From: Macrostomum lignano
Lineage: Eukaryota
Assembly: GCA_002269645.1 (NCBI GenBank)
Contig: NIVC01002362.1
Coordinates: 116,687 to 180,686 of the forward strand
Reading direction: 5' to 3'
DNA length: 64,000 nucleotides
Below are positions 46,967 through 58,900 of this stretch, piece by piece. Position 1 is the stretch's first letter. Each line of letters starts with the position of its first letter. The notes under the pieces were generated by a model. It was given only the letters and a program-made list of their open reading frames with translations. It was not told the DNA's origin and searched no databases. The position numbers and the translations under genes are program-made.

Positions 46967-49900
46967 CCCGCGACTTCAGGTTATTCCAAGTACAAAGTTC
47001 AACAAGGCCTCGTGCTCGGCAGGGCAGGGCAGGGCGGCATTTTTGCTGCCCAGCCCCAACCCCCCCGCTATGCCAAGTACAAACTTTTGGTGCACTTGTA
47101 CTGTTGAAAACTTGAAAATATTTACTGCAAATGGAAGGGTGCTGGAGTTTTATAGAGACAGAAGAATATGGAGACATGAGCACAGGGACAGAGACGGACA
47201 AACAGAATATTTTAAAAATCCCCTTGTGTTTCCCAGATCCCCTTGTGTTTCCCAGATCCCCTTGTGTTTCCCAGATCCCCTTGTGTTTCCCAGATCCCCT
47301 TGTGTTTCCCAGATCCCCTTGTGTTTCCCAGATCCCCTTGTGTTTCCCAGATCCCCTTGTGTTTCCCAGATCCCCTTGTGTTTCCCAGATCCCCTTGTGT
47401 TTCCCAGATCCCCTTGTGTTTCCCAGATCCCCTTGTGTTTCCCAGATCCCCTTGTGTTTCCCAGATCCCCTTGTGTTTCCCAGATCCCCTTGTGTTTCCC
47501 AGATCCCCTTGTGTTTCCCAGATCCCCTTGTGTTTCCCAGATCCCCTTGTGTTTCCCAGATCCCCTTGTGTTTCCCAGATCCCCTTGTGTTTCCCAGATC
47601 CCCTTGTGTTTCCCAGATCCCCTTGTGTTTCCCAGATCCCCTTGTGTTTCCCAGATCCCCTTGTGTTTCCCAGATCCCCTTGTGTTTCCCAGATCCCCTT
47701 GTGTTTCCCAGATCCCCTTGTGTTTCCCAGATCCCCTTGTGTTTCCCAGATCCCCTTGTGTTTCCCAGATCCCCTTGTGTTTCCCAGATCCCCTTGTGTT
47801 TCCCAGATCCCCTTGTGTTTCCCAGATCCCCTTGTGTTTCCCAGATCCCCTTGTGTTTCCCAGATCCCCTTGTGTTTCCCAGATCCCCTTGTGTTTCCCA
47901 GATCCCCTTGTGTTTCCCAGATCCCCTTGTGTTTCCCAGATCCCCTTGTGTTTCCCAGATCCCCTTGTGTTTCCCAGATCCCCTTGTGTTTCCCAGATCC
48001 CCTTGTGTTTCCCAGATCCCCTTGTGTTTCCCAGATCCCCTTGTGTTTCCCAGATCCCCTTGTGTTTCCCAGATCCCCTTGTGTTTCCCAGATCCCCTTG
48101 TGTTTCCCAGATCCCCTTGTGTTTCCCAGATCCCCTTGTGTTTCCCAGATCCCCTTGTGTTTCCCAGATCCCCTTGTGTTTCCCAGATCCCCTTGTGTTT
48201 CCCAGATCCCCTTGTGTTTCCCAGATCCCCTTGTGTTTCCCAGATCCCCTTGTGTTTCCCAGATCCCCTTGTGTTTCCCAGATCCCCTTGTGTTTCCCAG
48301 ATCCCCTTGTGTTTCCCAGATCCCCTTGTGTTTCCCAGATCCCCTTGTGTTTCCCAGATCCCCTTGTGTTTCCCAGATCCCCTTGTGTTTCCCAGATCCC
48401 CTTGTGTTTCCCAGATCCCCTTGTGTTTCCCAGATCCCCTTGTGTTTCCCAGATCCCCTTGTGTTTCCCAGATCCCCTTGTGTTTCCCAGATCCCCTTGT
48501 GTTTCCCAGATCCCCTTGTGTTTCCCAGATCCCCTTGTGTTTCCCAGATCCCCTTGTGTTTCCCAGATCCCCTTGTGTTTCCCAGATCCCCTTGTGTTTC
48601 CCAGATCCCCTTGTGTTTCCCAGATCCCCTTGTGTTTCCCAGATCCCCTTGTGTTTCCCAGATCCCCTTGTGTTTCCCAGATCCCCTTGTGTTTCCCAGA
48701 TCCCCTTGTGTTTCCCAGATCCCCTTGTGTTTCCCAGATCCCCTTGTGTTTCCCAGATCCCCTTGTGTTTCCCAGATCCCCTTGTGTTTCCCAGATCCCC
48801 TTGTGTTTCCCAGATCCCCTTGTGTTTCCCAGATCCCCTTGTGTTTCCCAGATCCCCTTGTGTTTCCCAGATCCCCTTGTGTTTCCCAGATCCCCTTGTG
48901 TTTCCCAGATCCCCTTGTGTTTCCCAGATCCCCTTGTGTTTCCCAGATCCCCTTGTGTTTCCCAGATCCCCTTGTGTTTCCCAGATCCCCTTGTGTTTCC
49001 CAGATCCCCTTGTGTTTCCCAGATCCCCTTGTGTTTCCCAGATCCCCTTGTGTTTCCCAGATCCCCTTGTGTTTCCCAGATCCCCTTGTGTTTCCCAGAT
49101 CCCCTTGTGTTTCCCAGATCCCCTTGTGTTTCCCAGATCCCCTTGTGTTTCCCAGATCCCCTTGTGTTTCCCAGATCCCCTTGTGTTTCCCAGATCCCCT
49201 TGTGTTTCCCAGATCCCCTTGTGTTTCCCAGATCCCCTTGTGTTTCCCAGATCCCCTTGTGTTTCCCAGATCCCCTTGTGTTTCCCAGATCCCCTTGTGT
49301 TTCCCAGATCCCCTTGTGTTTCCCAGATCCCCTTGTGTTTCCCAGATCCCCTTGTGTTTCCCAGATCCCCTTGTGTTTCCCAGATCCCCTTGTGTTTCCC
49401 AGATCCCCTTGTGTTTCCCAGATCCCCTTGTGTTTCCCAGATCCCCTTGTGTTTCCCAGATCCCCTTGTGTTTCCCAGATCCCCTTGTGTTTCCCAGATC
49501 CCCTTGTGTTTCCCAGATCCCCTTGTGTTTCCCAGATCCCCTTGTGTTTCCCAGATCCCCTTGTGTTTCCCAGATCCCCTTGTGTTTCCCAGATCCCCTT
49601 GTGTTTCCCAGATCCCCTTGTGTTTCCCAGATCCCCTTGTGTTTCCCAGATCCCCTTGTGTTTCCCAGATCCCCTTGTGTTTCCCAGATCCCCTTGTGTT
49701 TCCCAGATCCCCTTGTGTTTCCCAGATCCCCTTGTGTTTCCCAGATCCCCTTGTGTTTCCCAGATCCCCTTGTGTTTCCCAGATCCCCTTGTGTTTCCCA
49801 GATCCCCTTGTGTTTCCCAGATCCCCTTGTGTTTCCCAGATCCCCTTGTGTTTCCCAGATCCCCTTGTGTTTCCCAGATCCCCTTGTGTTTCCCAGATCC

Positions 49901-52900
49901 CCTTGTGTTTCCCAGATCCCCTTGTGTTTCCCAGATCCCCTTGTGTTTCCCAGATCCCATGCACACGAAGACACGAAAACGCGCGAAAGCAGAAATCCCA
50001 GAAAAGCAACCCAGAATCCCAAGCGCCCCACCCTGGCAGCTCCTCCGGGCGCCCTGATGCTCTCCAGATCCCGCCTCAGCAGCGCCGTCTCCGCTCTGTC
50101 CCGATCCCGCTCGGCTCGCAGCCTCCGCGCCTCATCCTCGACTCCCGCCGCGGCCTCTGCGGGCTTCCCGGCAGCAGCCGCCGCGGCGCTCCGCAGCTTC
50201 TCGGCCTCCTCGGCAGCTGCCGCGCGCTCCGCCGTCAGCTCCGCCAGCCGCCGCCTCGCCGGGCCGCCTGTCGACGCCTCCCAGTCCGCCGCCTGCTGCC
50301 TGGCCGCCTGAGCTTCAGCCTCCGCCTCGGACAGTCGCCGGTTCGCCTCGCCCAGATCGCCGTCCAGTCGGCCGAGTTCGCGCTCCCGCCCGGCCAGGCG
50401 GCCGCTAATCAGGCTGATTAGCTCATCCTTCTCCCGGATCCGGTCGTCCCGGCCGGCCGCCGCCTCCTGCTCGAGCCGCTGCCGCTCCCTGGTGGCCTCC
50501 AGGTCGGCCGACACCGCCGCCAGCTGCTGCCGCAGCTCGTCCAGCTGACGGTCCCGCTCGGCCGCTTCAGCGGCTCGACGACGAAGCTCTTCGCGTAGGC
50601 GGGCGCCTTCGTTGGACTTCTCTCGGACGCCTGGGAGGTGCGCGGGAGGAGACAGATGTGTGGGGGCTGGGGAGAGAGGTGGGGGATGGGGAGAGAGGTG
50701 GGGAAGGATGGGGAGAGAGGTGGGGGCTGGGAGAGGTGGGGGATGGGGAGAGAGGTGGGGGAGGATGGGGAGAGAGGTGGGGGATGAGGGGAGAGAGGTG
50801 GGGATGAGGAGAGACGTGTGGGGGATGGGGAGATAGATGGGGGATGGGGAGAGATGTGTGGGGGATGGGGAGAGATGTGTGGGGGATGAGGAGAGATGTG
50901 TGGGGATGGGAAGAGAGGTGAGGGATGAGGAGAGAGGTGAGGGATGGGGAGAGAGGTGGGGAAGGATGGGGAGAGAGGTGGGGGCTGGGGAGAGGTGGGG
51001 ATGGGGAGAGAGGTGGGGGAGGATGGGGAGAGAGGTTGGGGATGAGGGGAGAGAGGTGGGGGATGAGGAGAGACGTGTGGGGGATGGGGAGATAGATGGG
51101 GGATGGGGAGAGATGTGTGGGGGATGGGGAGAGATGTGTGGGGGATGAGGAGAGATGTGTGGGGATGGGAAGAGAGGTGAGGGATGAGGAGAGAGGTGAG
51201 GGATGGGGAGAGAGGTGGAGGATGGGGAGAGAGGTGATGGAGGATGGGAAGAGAGGGGGATAGGAAGAGAGGTGGGGGTGGGGAGAGAGGTGGGGGATGG
51301 GGAGAGAGGTGAGGGATGGGGAGAGAGATGGGGGATGGAGAGAGAAGTGGGAGGATGGAGAGAGAGAGGTGTGGTGGGATATCAAAGCATATTTAATCCA
51401 TTGAAACAACACGAATCTATAACAATAGACGACAGCAATACTGATTCAGTCTCGAGAACCAACTGTTGCACCAACTGTTTCTACTGCTATCTTTCAAGCA
51501 TTCAATTTTAATTTGCACTTTTGAGCAAACTGGCCAGAGCTGCACTTAGCGGCAGCAGAGTCTGCAACATCTGTTCGCTCGGCTCTGTACTACGCAGATT
51601 TTGCTCCTGACAAACCGGCACGACAGCTGGTTGATGTCTTGCGACAACAGAGGCAGATGAGGCAGTTGGGGTTAATGCAGGAAGCAGTTTGCCAAGTTTC
51701 ATAAAAGTACGACTGAATAAAACTAATGAATAAAACTATAATTACACCGATTCGATACTTTCCGGTAAATTTTGCTCACCTGAAGTGTTGGCACTTGAAA
51801 CCTGATTGCGGAATAATTTCAATTGGGGTGTTATCTATTGAGTGAGCACAGAGCAGATCAGGGCGGATTGGAGGGTGGCGGCAAACATGAAAGGGATGGA
51901 TATAGAGAGGAGAGCACTGAAGACAGAGGGTAGAGAGGGTAGAAGGGGTAAAGCGGTAAAGAGGGCAAAGAGGGTAGAGAGGGTATAGAGGGTAGAGAGG
52001 GGGTAGAGAGGGTCGATGGGAGATTGGGGAGCAAGTACTCGGCCCGGAAATCCGCAAGTGCAAACACAAGACTATTCAGTTTACAACAGAGGTTATCTGG
52101 TACTCACTAGTGAACTGGGTTTTGAGCAGATGCAGCTCCCCTTTGAGTCGCTCAAACTCCCTATCAGCGTCGACCAGTTTGCGCTGCAATGTCTGCATGC
52201 TCTCGTCCTGCTCGCTGATGTGCTCCTCTCTGAGTTTGAGCCCCTCGTTGAGCACCTGGAGACTGCGATCAGCCGCGGCTTTCTCCTTCTCCATCCTGGC
52301 CAGCTTGGCAGCCAGCTGGTCGTTTTGAGTTTTGAGCTCGGCCAGCTGAGCTCGGACTGACTCCTCGTTTCCGCGCTGTTGCTGGGTCTCAGCCAGCTGC
52401 TTGAGCGAGTCGTACTTCTTCTTACCCTGCTCCAACCGGTTCTGGTAGTCCTTTAGCTGGGTTTCCTTGTCTTCGATCTGCGGGGGTCGGGGTGTTTTGG
52501 GGTCGGGGTGTTTGGGGGTTGGGGTGGTTTGGGGTTGGGGTGTTTTGGGGTCGGGTGTTTTGGGGTCGGGGTGTTTTGGGGTCGGGGTGTTTTGGGGTTG
52601 GGGTGCTTTGGGGTTGGGGTGTTTTGGGGTTGGGGTGTTTTGGGGTCGGGGTGTTTTGGGGTTGGGGTGTTTTGGGGTTGGGGTGTTTTGGGGTTGGGGT
52701 GTTTTGGGGTCAGGGTGTTTGGGGGTCGGGTGTTTTGGGGTTGGGGTGTTTTGGGGTTGGGGTGTTTTGGGGTTGGGGTGTTTTGGGGTTGGGGTGTTTT
52801 GGGGTTGGGGTGTTTTGGGGTTGGGGTGTTTTGGGGTTGGGGTGTTTTGGGGTCAGGGTGTTTGGGGGTCGGGTGTTTTGGGGTCGGGTGTTTTGGGGTT

Positions 52901-55900
52901 GGGGTGTTTTGGGGTTGGGGTGTTTTGGGGTTGGGGTGTTTTGGGGTTGGGGTGTTTTGGGGTTGGGGTGTTTTGGGGTTGGGGTGTTTTGGGGTTGGGG
53001 TGTTTTGGGGTTGGAGTGTTTTGGGGTTGGGGTGTTTTGGGGTTGGGGTGTTTTGGGGTTGGGGTGTTTTGGGGTCGGGGTGTTTTGGGGTTGGAGTGTT
53101 TTGGGGTTGGAGTGTTTTGGGGTCGGGGTGTTTTGGGGTTGGGGTGTTTGGGGGTTGGAGTTGCTTTAGGGTTGGGATTTTGTGTGGAAAGTTTCGTCTG
53201 TTGTGTATTTTCACTGAGTATTTTCTGAAGTTGGCAGATGTTTTCCCGATTCATTATGACACTTTAATTCTTCCCACGCCACAACACAAACCGTCTGATA
53301 GCCTTACCATTATTTTGTACTTCTCACTGTCCATCACTTCCCGTCGCTGATCCTCTCGCATCGAGTCCAGCCGCTTCTGGTAGTGCTTCGTTCGCTGTCT
53401 TTCCTCACGCAGCAGAATTTCAAGGCTGTGCAGACGCTCGAGAAACTTTTTCTGCATTTGGGGTAATAAAACTGATTGTTGGTAACAGTGAAATGTTGTA
53501 CATGCTGCCATGTACAGTCCTAGTCCTGTAATGGGACTTCCCAATTCACGGGCGTCTGACACTAGAACCTAACCATACATACAGTGGATAAAGAGTAATT
53601 GAGCCAACCAATTACAACAGGGCACTAGACGCTTAGAGCAGTAGCGATCTGGTGACGTGACTAAGATAAGAGTACATGAGCCAAGCATAAACTAAGCAAT
53701 AAATCCTAGGATTGGGCACCAGGCGCTAAGTGGCGGTCTGGTCACGTGACTCAATCGCCACTTAAATTCTTGGGACCGGGCGTGGGGTGGGCGGCACGAA
53801 GGGCAGAGATTATCCTACGCAGATAAGAGCAAATGAACCATTCTAGGATTGGGCACCAGGCGCTAAGTACAGTAGCGGTCTGGTCACGTGACTCAATCGC
53901 CACTTAAATTCTTGGGCCCGGGGGTGGGTGACACGACACGACCGTACATTGATCAGTGTAATTAACAAGCAGTCAACGAGAAGAGGCACTAAGCAGGCGC
54001 TACTCAAACAGCGAGAACGCGGGCGCGGCACTCACGTCCCAGTACTTGACGTCCTGTTCCGGCGGCTGCCCATCTGTGAAAACTTCGTCGTTGTCCGCGG
54101 AAGCGCCAGCGCCTGGTCCGGATGAGTCGGCAGAATCGGCGGAGCTGCAAACAGAAAAACAGGGTCAATACAGGTAAAGTAGTTCTGCAAGCATGTGGGG
54201 ATTTCAATGAGCTGGACGTAGCCAGTGGCATTATAAGCTTCAATTCACCCTGCCCTGATAGGGTTGCTTCGGCAGAAAAACAGGCTGGAAGTTGTGATCC
54301 TGTACAAGCTGTACACAGCACCTGAAGCAGCTTTACCGAATTTGCTGCTACACCTGTATATGCCTTGCAGCGAATCTGGCATGCTTCTATAACTTACAGC
54401 AAATTACAGCAACTTACAGACTACCAGCAGAAAGGGCAGCAGACTACTCACCTCTCATACTCGTACAGAAACCGCTTCCTCATTGTAACCAACGCCAGCA
54501 AATCGCCAAGCAATTCGTTCTGTTTTTGTAGTTTCTCCAGCTGTTCCACAAAGAAATGCTCGTCCTCTTCGAAATTTCGCCGACTCTCGCTCAAATCTTC
54601 CTCCATTGTTTTGAGTCTGTACTCCAGGCTCTCCGATTGGATGGTGCCCTTCCGTATCGCCAGCTGGAGGTCCTCTGGATGAAGCGGCGTGGTTTATCTA
54701 CTATGCAGTAATTATTATTACAATCAGTTTTAGCGTGGTTTGGTTGTGGGATATTTAGACAGAGCGGCATCGTGGCGCCGCTCTCTTGTCCGGGAGGACA
54801 CGGCCTCGATTCCCAGAGCAGCTACCGCAAAAGTTAAAAATGCGTTTGATGATGCAGAACATTCGTGACTCTCGTATAACTGGCTACTTACTGACTAAAT
54901 GCCAGCCGGCGCGAAAATCAGAACCTTGATTGAAGATGACGTCACCCCAGGTGTTGCTTTAGGAATGCTTCATCCTCCCCCCCCCCCACCGGCCATTGTA
55001 AAAGGTTTCTCACCGATCTCGTCTTCAAGGTCGCCAACCTCTCGGATGAGGTCGGCCTTGGTGGCGGCTCCCAGCTGGTCGATGCTGGTCTTCCTTCGCT
55101 CCGACGATGTGCCCGAAGCCGTCGGCTGCTGCTGCTGCTGCGTCTGCCGCTGCCCGGCCTCCAGCCTCTCGGCTTCCAGTCGAAGATCCGCATTCGTCGA
55201 CTCCAGCTGCGAGACGCGCACTCGAAGCTCGTCAACTTTGGCGTCCAATCGGCGTCTGGCTTCGTTGGCCTCGAGCCATTTCTCGTGCAGCGCCAGGTCC
55301 TCGGGGCTTAGCTGAGCGGCTGTGGTGATTTTCCGCTTCATCTCCTCCATCTCTGAGTCCAATTGGCCGAGCAGAGATTCCGCTTCCTGAGTGCCTGCGG
55401 GCATGAGTTCAGTACGAGCACAGACTTCTTACAGAGCTGCTGGCTTACGAGTGCACGAAGATAAACACAAAAGTCGTGAAAGAGCAAATGCCGGCCTCAA
55501 AATGAAGTTCTATGTCGACGAGACCCATCTTAACATAGGGTGCTGAAACGGCTGTTAGAGTTAAAACATCTGTCGCTGGGGGTATTAAAGCGAAATCTAA
55601 TCTAAGACACAATTTATTTTGGTGTCAGCACACAGTTTGAAATAAATATCGATTAGCAAAGCGATGTACTCACTGTACTTGAACAGTAGCTGCTTGTCGC
55701 TGGGGCTCAGGTGCGGTGCAAGGCCTCTCGACTCCAGGCGAGACTCCAGCGCCGCCACGCTGCCTCGCAGTCGCTGGTTGACCATGTCCAACTCAAGCAC
55801 CTGACGTCGAAGAGTCACAGTCTCCGTCGATGGCTCCTCCGAATCGTCCAGGTCGACTGCGCTGTCGTCGTCTCCGCCGCCGCCTCCTCCGCCGCCGACG

Positions 55901-58900
55901 CCGCCTCCGCCACCCCCGGCACCATCGGCGAGTCGGTTGATCTTCGCCGTGAGCGCTTCGTTTTCCTCCTCGGCCTCTTGCAGTTTGCGTCGCATAATTT
56001 TGACTTCCTCTTTGGAGAAGCGCAGCTGCTCGACCAGGTCGGCTTCGCGCTCGCGCGCCACGGAGAGCTCGCGCTTGAGGTGGTCCTCCTCTACGGAGGA
56101 CTCGCGCGAAGCCGCCTGCCCGAGGCGAGGCTGCGACGGGACAGAAATCAAGGATTCAGTTGTTGTAGAAGAATAGAGGAAGTAGAGTAGGGTGGGAGAC
56201 GAATGGAGACAGTGGAAGCTCGAGTAATTTGTATTGCAATCAGTGCATTGTGAAAGCTTCAATCACCAATTATTATAGAAGTATCCTCACTCACCCTTGG
56301 ACTGGACTTGTCAACCACCTGAAGTGGCCCTGCGTCCGAAATTCCGGCATCAGTTTTCACCTTGTCCAACTGTGAAATGTCAAATTATAAAGTTTTCTGT
56401 TGAGTATTCTCTGCTTCAAAATTCATTATCCCTATGGGTCAGCTCAGTGACTCCTGACCCAAGGACAGCATTGCAGGGAGTCAGCGCATATCGCTCACCT
56501 CCAAACGGACTCGGTCCATGTCGTTCTCTAGTCGAATTTTCTCCCTCTCCGAGGACTCGAGCTGGATTTTCAGTCGCTGATTGTCGGCCTCGAGGCGGTT
56601 TCTCTTCTGCTCGATGTACTCGAGCTCATCGTGCAGACGGACTGAGACTTCCTTGGCCGTTCGCAGCTCGTCTTCCAGCTCTTGGATCTGGGAAGGTCGA
56701 GAAGTTGAGTTCATACGAATGTTAATAAACACTTTTTATACAAAACAGGGGCAACCTCTCGACTCTTTGAGATCTCATGAATTTAAAAGGCAAAGAGGTC
56801 CCACGTGACCGAACTGGTACATCAGAAGGGGTCGTTTCATGCAATTTAAGTTTCCCATCGTCGAAAAGCGTGTTTGTAATAATAATACTAATAATAATAA
56901 TAATATTAATATTAACAATGTTAATAATAACAATAACAATACTAATAGGAATATTAATAATAATAACTTATTACACCTGCCCCTATGGCCAGATGTGCAA
57001 CCGACAGCTCAGCCGCAGCTATTGCGACTAGGCTACGGCGGTCTCTTACTGCGAAGCCTCAATTTGCCTCAAGCATCTGATAATCAAGACTCCAGCTCAT
57101 GAATGCGGGCGAGATGAGAGAGGAAAGGAGAGCAAATCGAGGAGAGAGGGAGAGAGAAGAGGAAAGAAGAGATCAGAGATGAGATCAGAGAGAAGATACA
57201 AAGAGAGAGTAGATTCGAGAGAAGAAGAGAACTGAGAAGAGACAGAAACCTTAAGTTTGCTATTGTGAAGTCTCAAAGGACCCCCCGGGGCCGGACATCA
57301 AGCAATTCGACGTTGTGAAGTTTCGAGCTTGTGAAAGGGAACCCTATCAGAAAGCTAAAGTACAATTGCACGCGAGTACAGATCCGATTGATAAGAGGAC
57401 CAAATCAGGGGGAAAAGCTCTCAGCCTCGAGGGGGGACACCACATACCGCACTTCACTCCGTTCACTTGGGAGCGCATAACCCAAGCAGACAGCCATCGG
57501 AAAAGATCAATCAACTTTCTTTGAAATGATCCCTATCAAATTTTTCTGGACTGGGGACGAGAATGGAGGTAATTTCCATTTGGATTCTCATTTTTCCGGG
57601 CGGTTTCCACTCTTGAGACTTTCCCCATCTTATAATTCGTTTTTGAGCGGCTGAGACAGCAAATTCCCTATTCAAACTGTTATCAGAACTCACCCTGCTG
57701 AAATAGAATATTTGACCCCGAGAAAACTGCATAGGCGTAGGAACGTTTCAAAAAGTGGGGGCCAGGTTCAGTGACGGATTTAGGGGGGGGGGGGGGGGGC
57801 GCACAGGGCGCACGCCCCCGTCGAGTCAGATTTTTTATATGGAAAATGCACATTATCATGTACCGATTATTTTCAGAATCCGTCTTGTCAGCACTCATCT
57901 TATAAAGCGCCGCAGGCACTCATTTTAGCGCCGCAGGCACTCATTTTGGCGCTGCAGGCACTCATTTTGGCGCTGCAGGCGGTATGTTTTGTCGCCCTGC
58001 AGCAAAATGCATTCATGCAAAGCAGCAAAAACCAAAAATAAGCAACATTTAAAATGTGGAGGGACCAGATACCATTACTGGCCCCCCATTTTAAAAAGTG
58101 GGGGGGCATGGTCCCACTTGGCCCCCCCGTTCCTACGCCTATGGAAAACTGCAGGAAAATACTGCCCCACTTGAAAGTCTAATCCCTCGGTTTAGGGTCT
58201 CAAGAACCACTACCCCACCCTCAACCCTCTTTAGCAGGCAACTCAATCCCGTCAAGCTCACCTGCAGGCTGTCGTCGCCTGACAGAATTCTCTCGCCGAG
58301 GCGGCGGAATTTCTCCTCCAACTCCGCTCGCTCAGCCTCGCACTGCTCAAAGCGTCTTTCGGCCTTGCGCAGCTTGAACTGCACCACCCGGTAGCTCTTG
58401 TTGGCCGCGTCCAGCTCTCGCTGCAGCTCCCGAACTGTGCCCGTCCGGCCCTCCTCCTTGTCCTGGAACGAGTCGTGCATCTCCTCGAGCTCGCGTTGAA
58501 GCTCTTCAACTTCCTCTTTGAGTTGGTCATTCTCTTCGGTCAGCTCGCGGCACAGATCCTCGAGCTCGCGAGCTCGACCTTCGAAGTCATCGAAGTCGGC
58601 AGCCGCCGGTCGCTGCTCGGATTCGGGAAGTCGAAGACGCTCTCTGTAGCAGCGGACCTCCTGCTCGAGCTGGGGAATTCGCTTCTCAAGTGTTGAGCCC
58701 CTGAAATCGACAGGATTGTGCGTGAGACATCACAAGCTACATCACAGGCTTCAACAGTTGTTACTTTAAAACCGATGTCTTTGAGTCTAGACTCACCTGG
58801 TCTTACAACTATCCAACTCCCTCTCCAGATCCTCAATATCGCCCAGCCTCTCCTCCAATTGAGCGTCCAGAAGCTGTTTGTCTCTGCACAGCACCGCGTA

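Noticed and set aside
46779-50514. Six ORFs of 938-1100 aa
   Set aside because: They are translations of the stop-free 20-bp array. Only 50630..50032 is a real exon and it ends at a GT donor.
52453-53350. Gly/Val-rich and Pro/Lys-rich ORFs; interstitial telomere
   Set aside because: The ORFs are repeat artefacts inside intron 52478-53307, and the unit is not TTAGGG.
54725-54830. tRNA/SINE-like A- and B-box hints (TAGCGTGGTTTGG ... CCTCGATTCCC)
   Set aside because: The boxes are degenerate and I could not build a cloverleaf.
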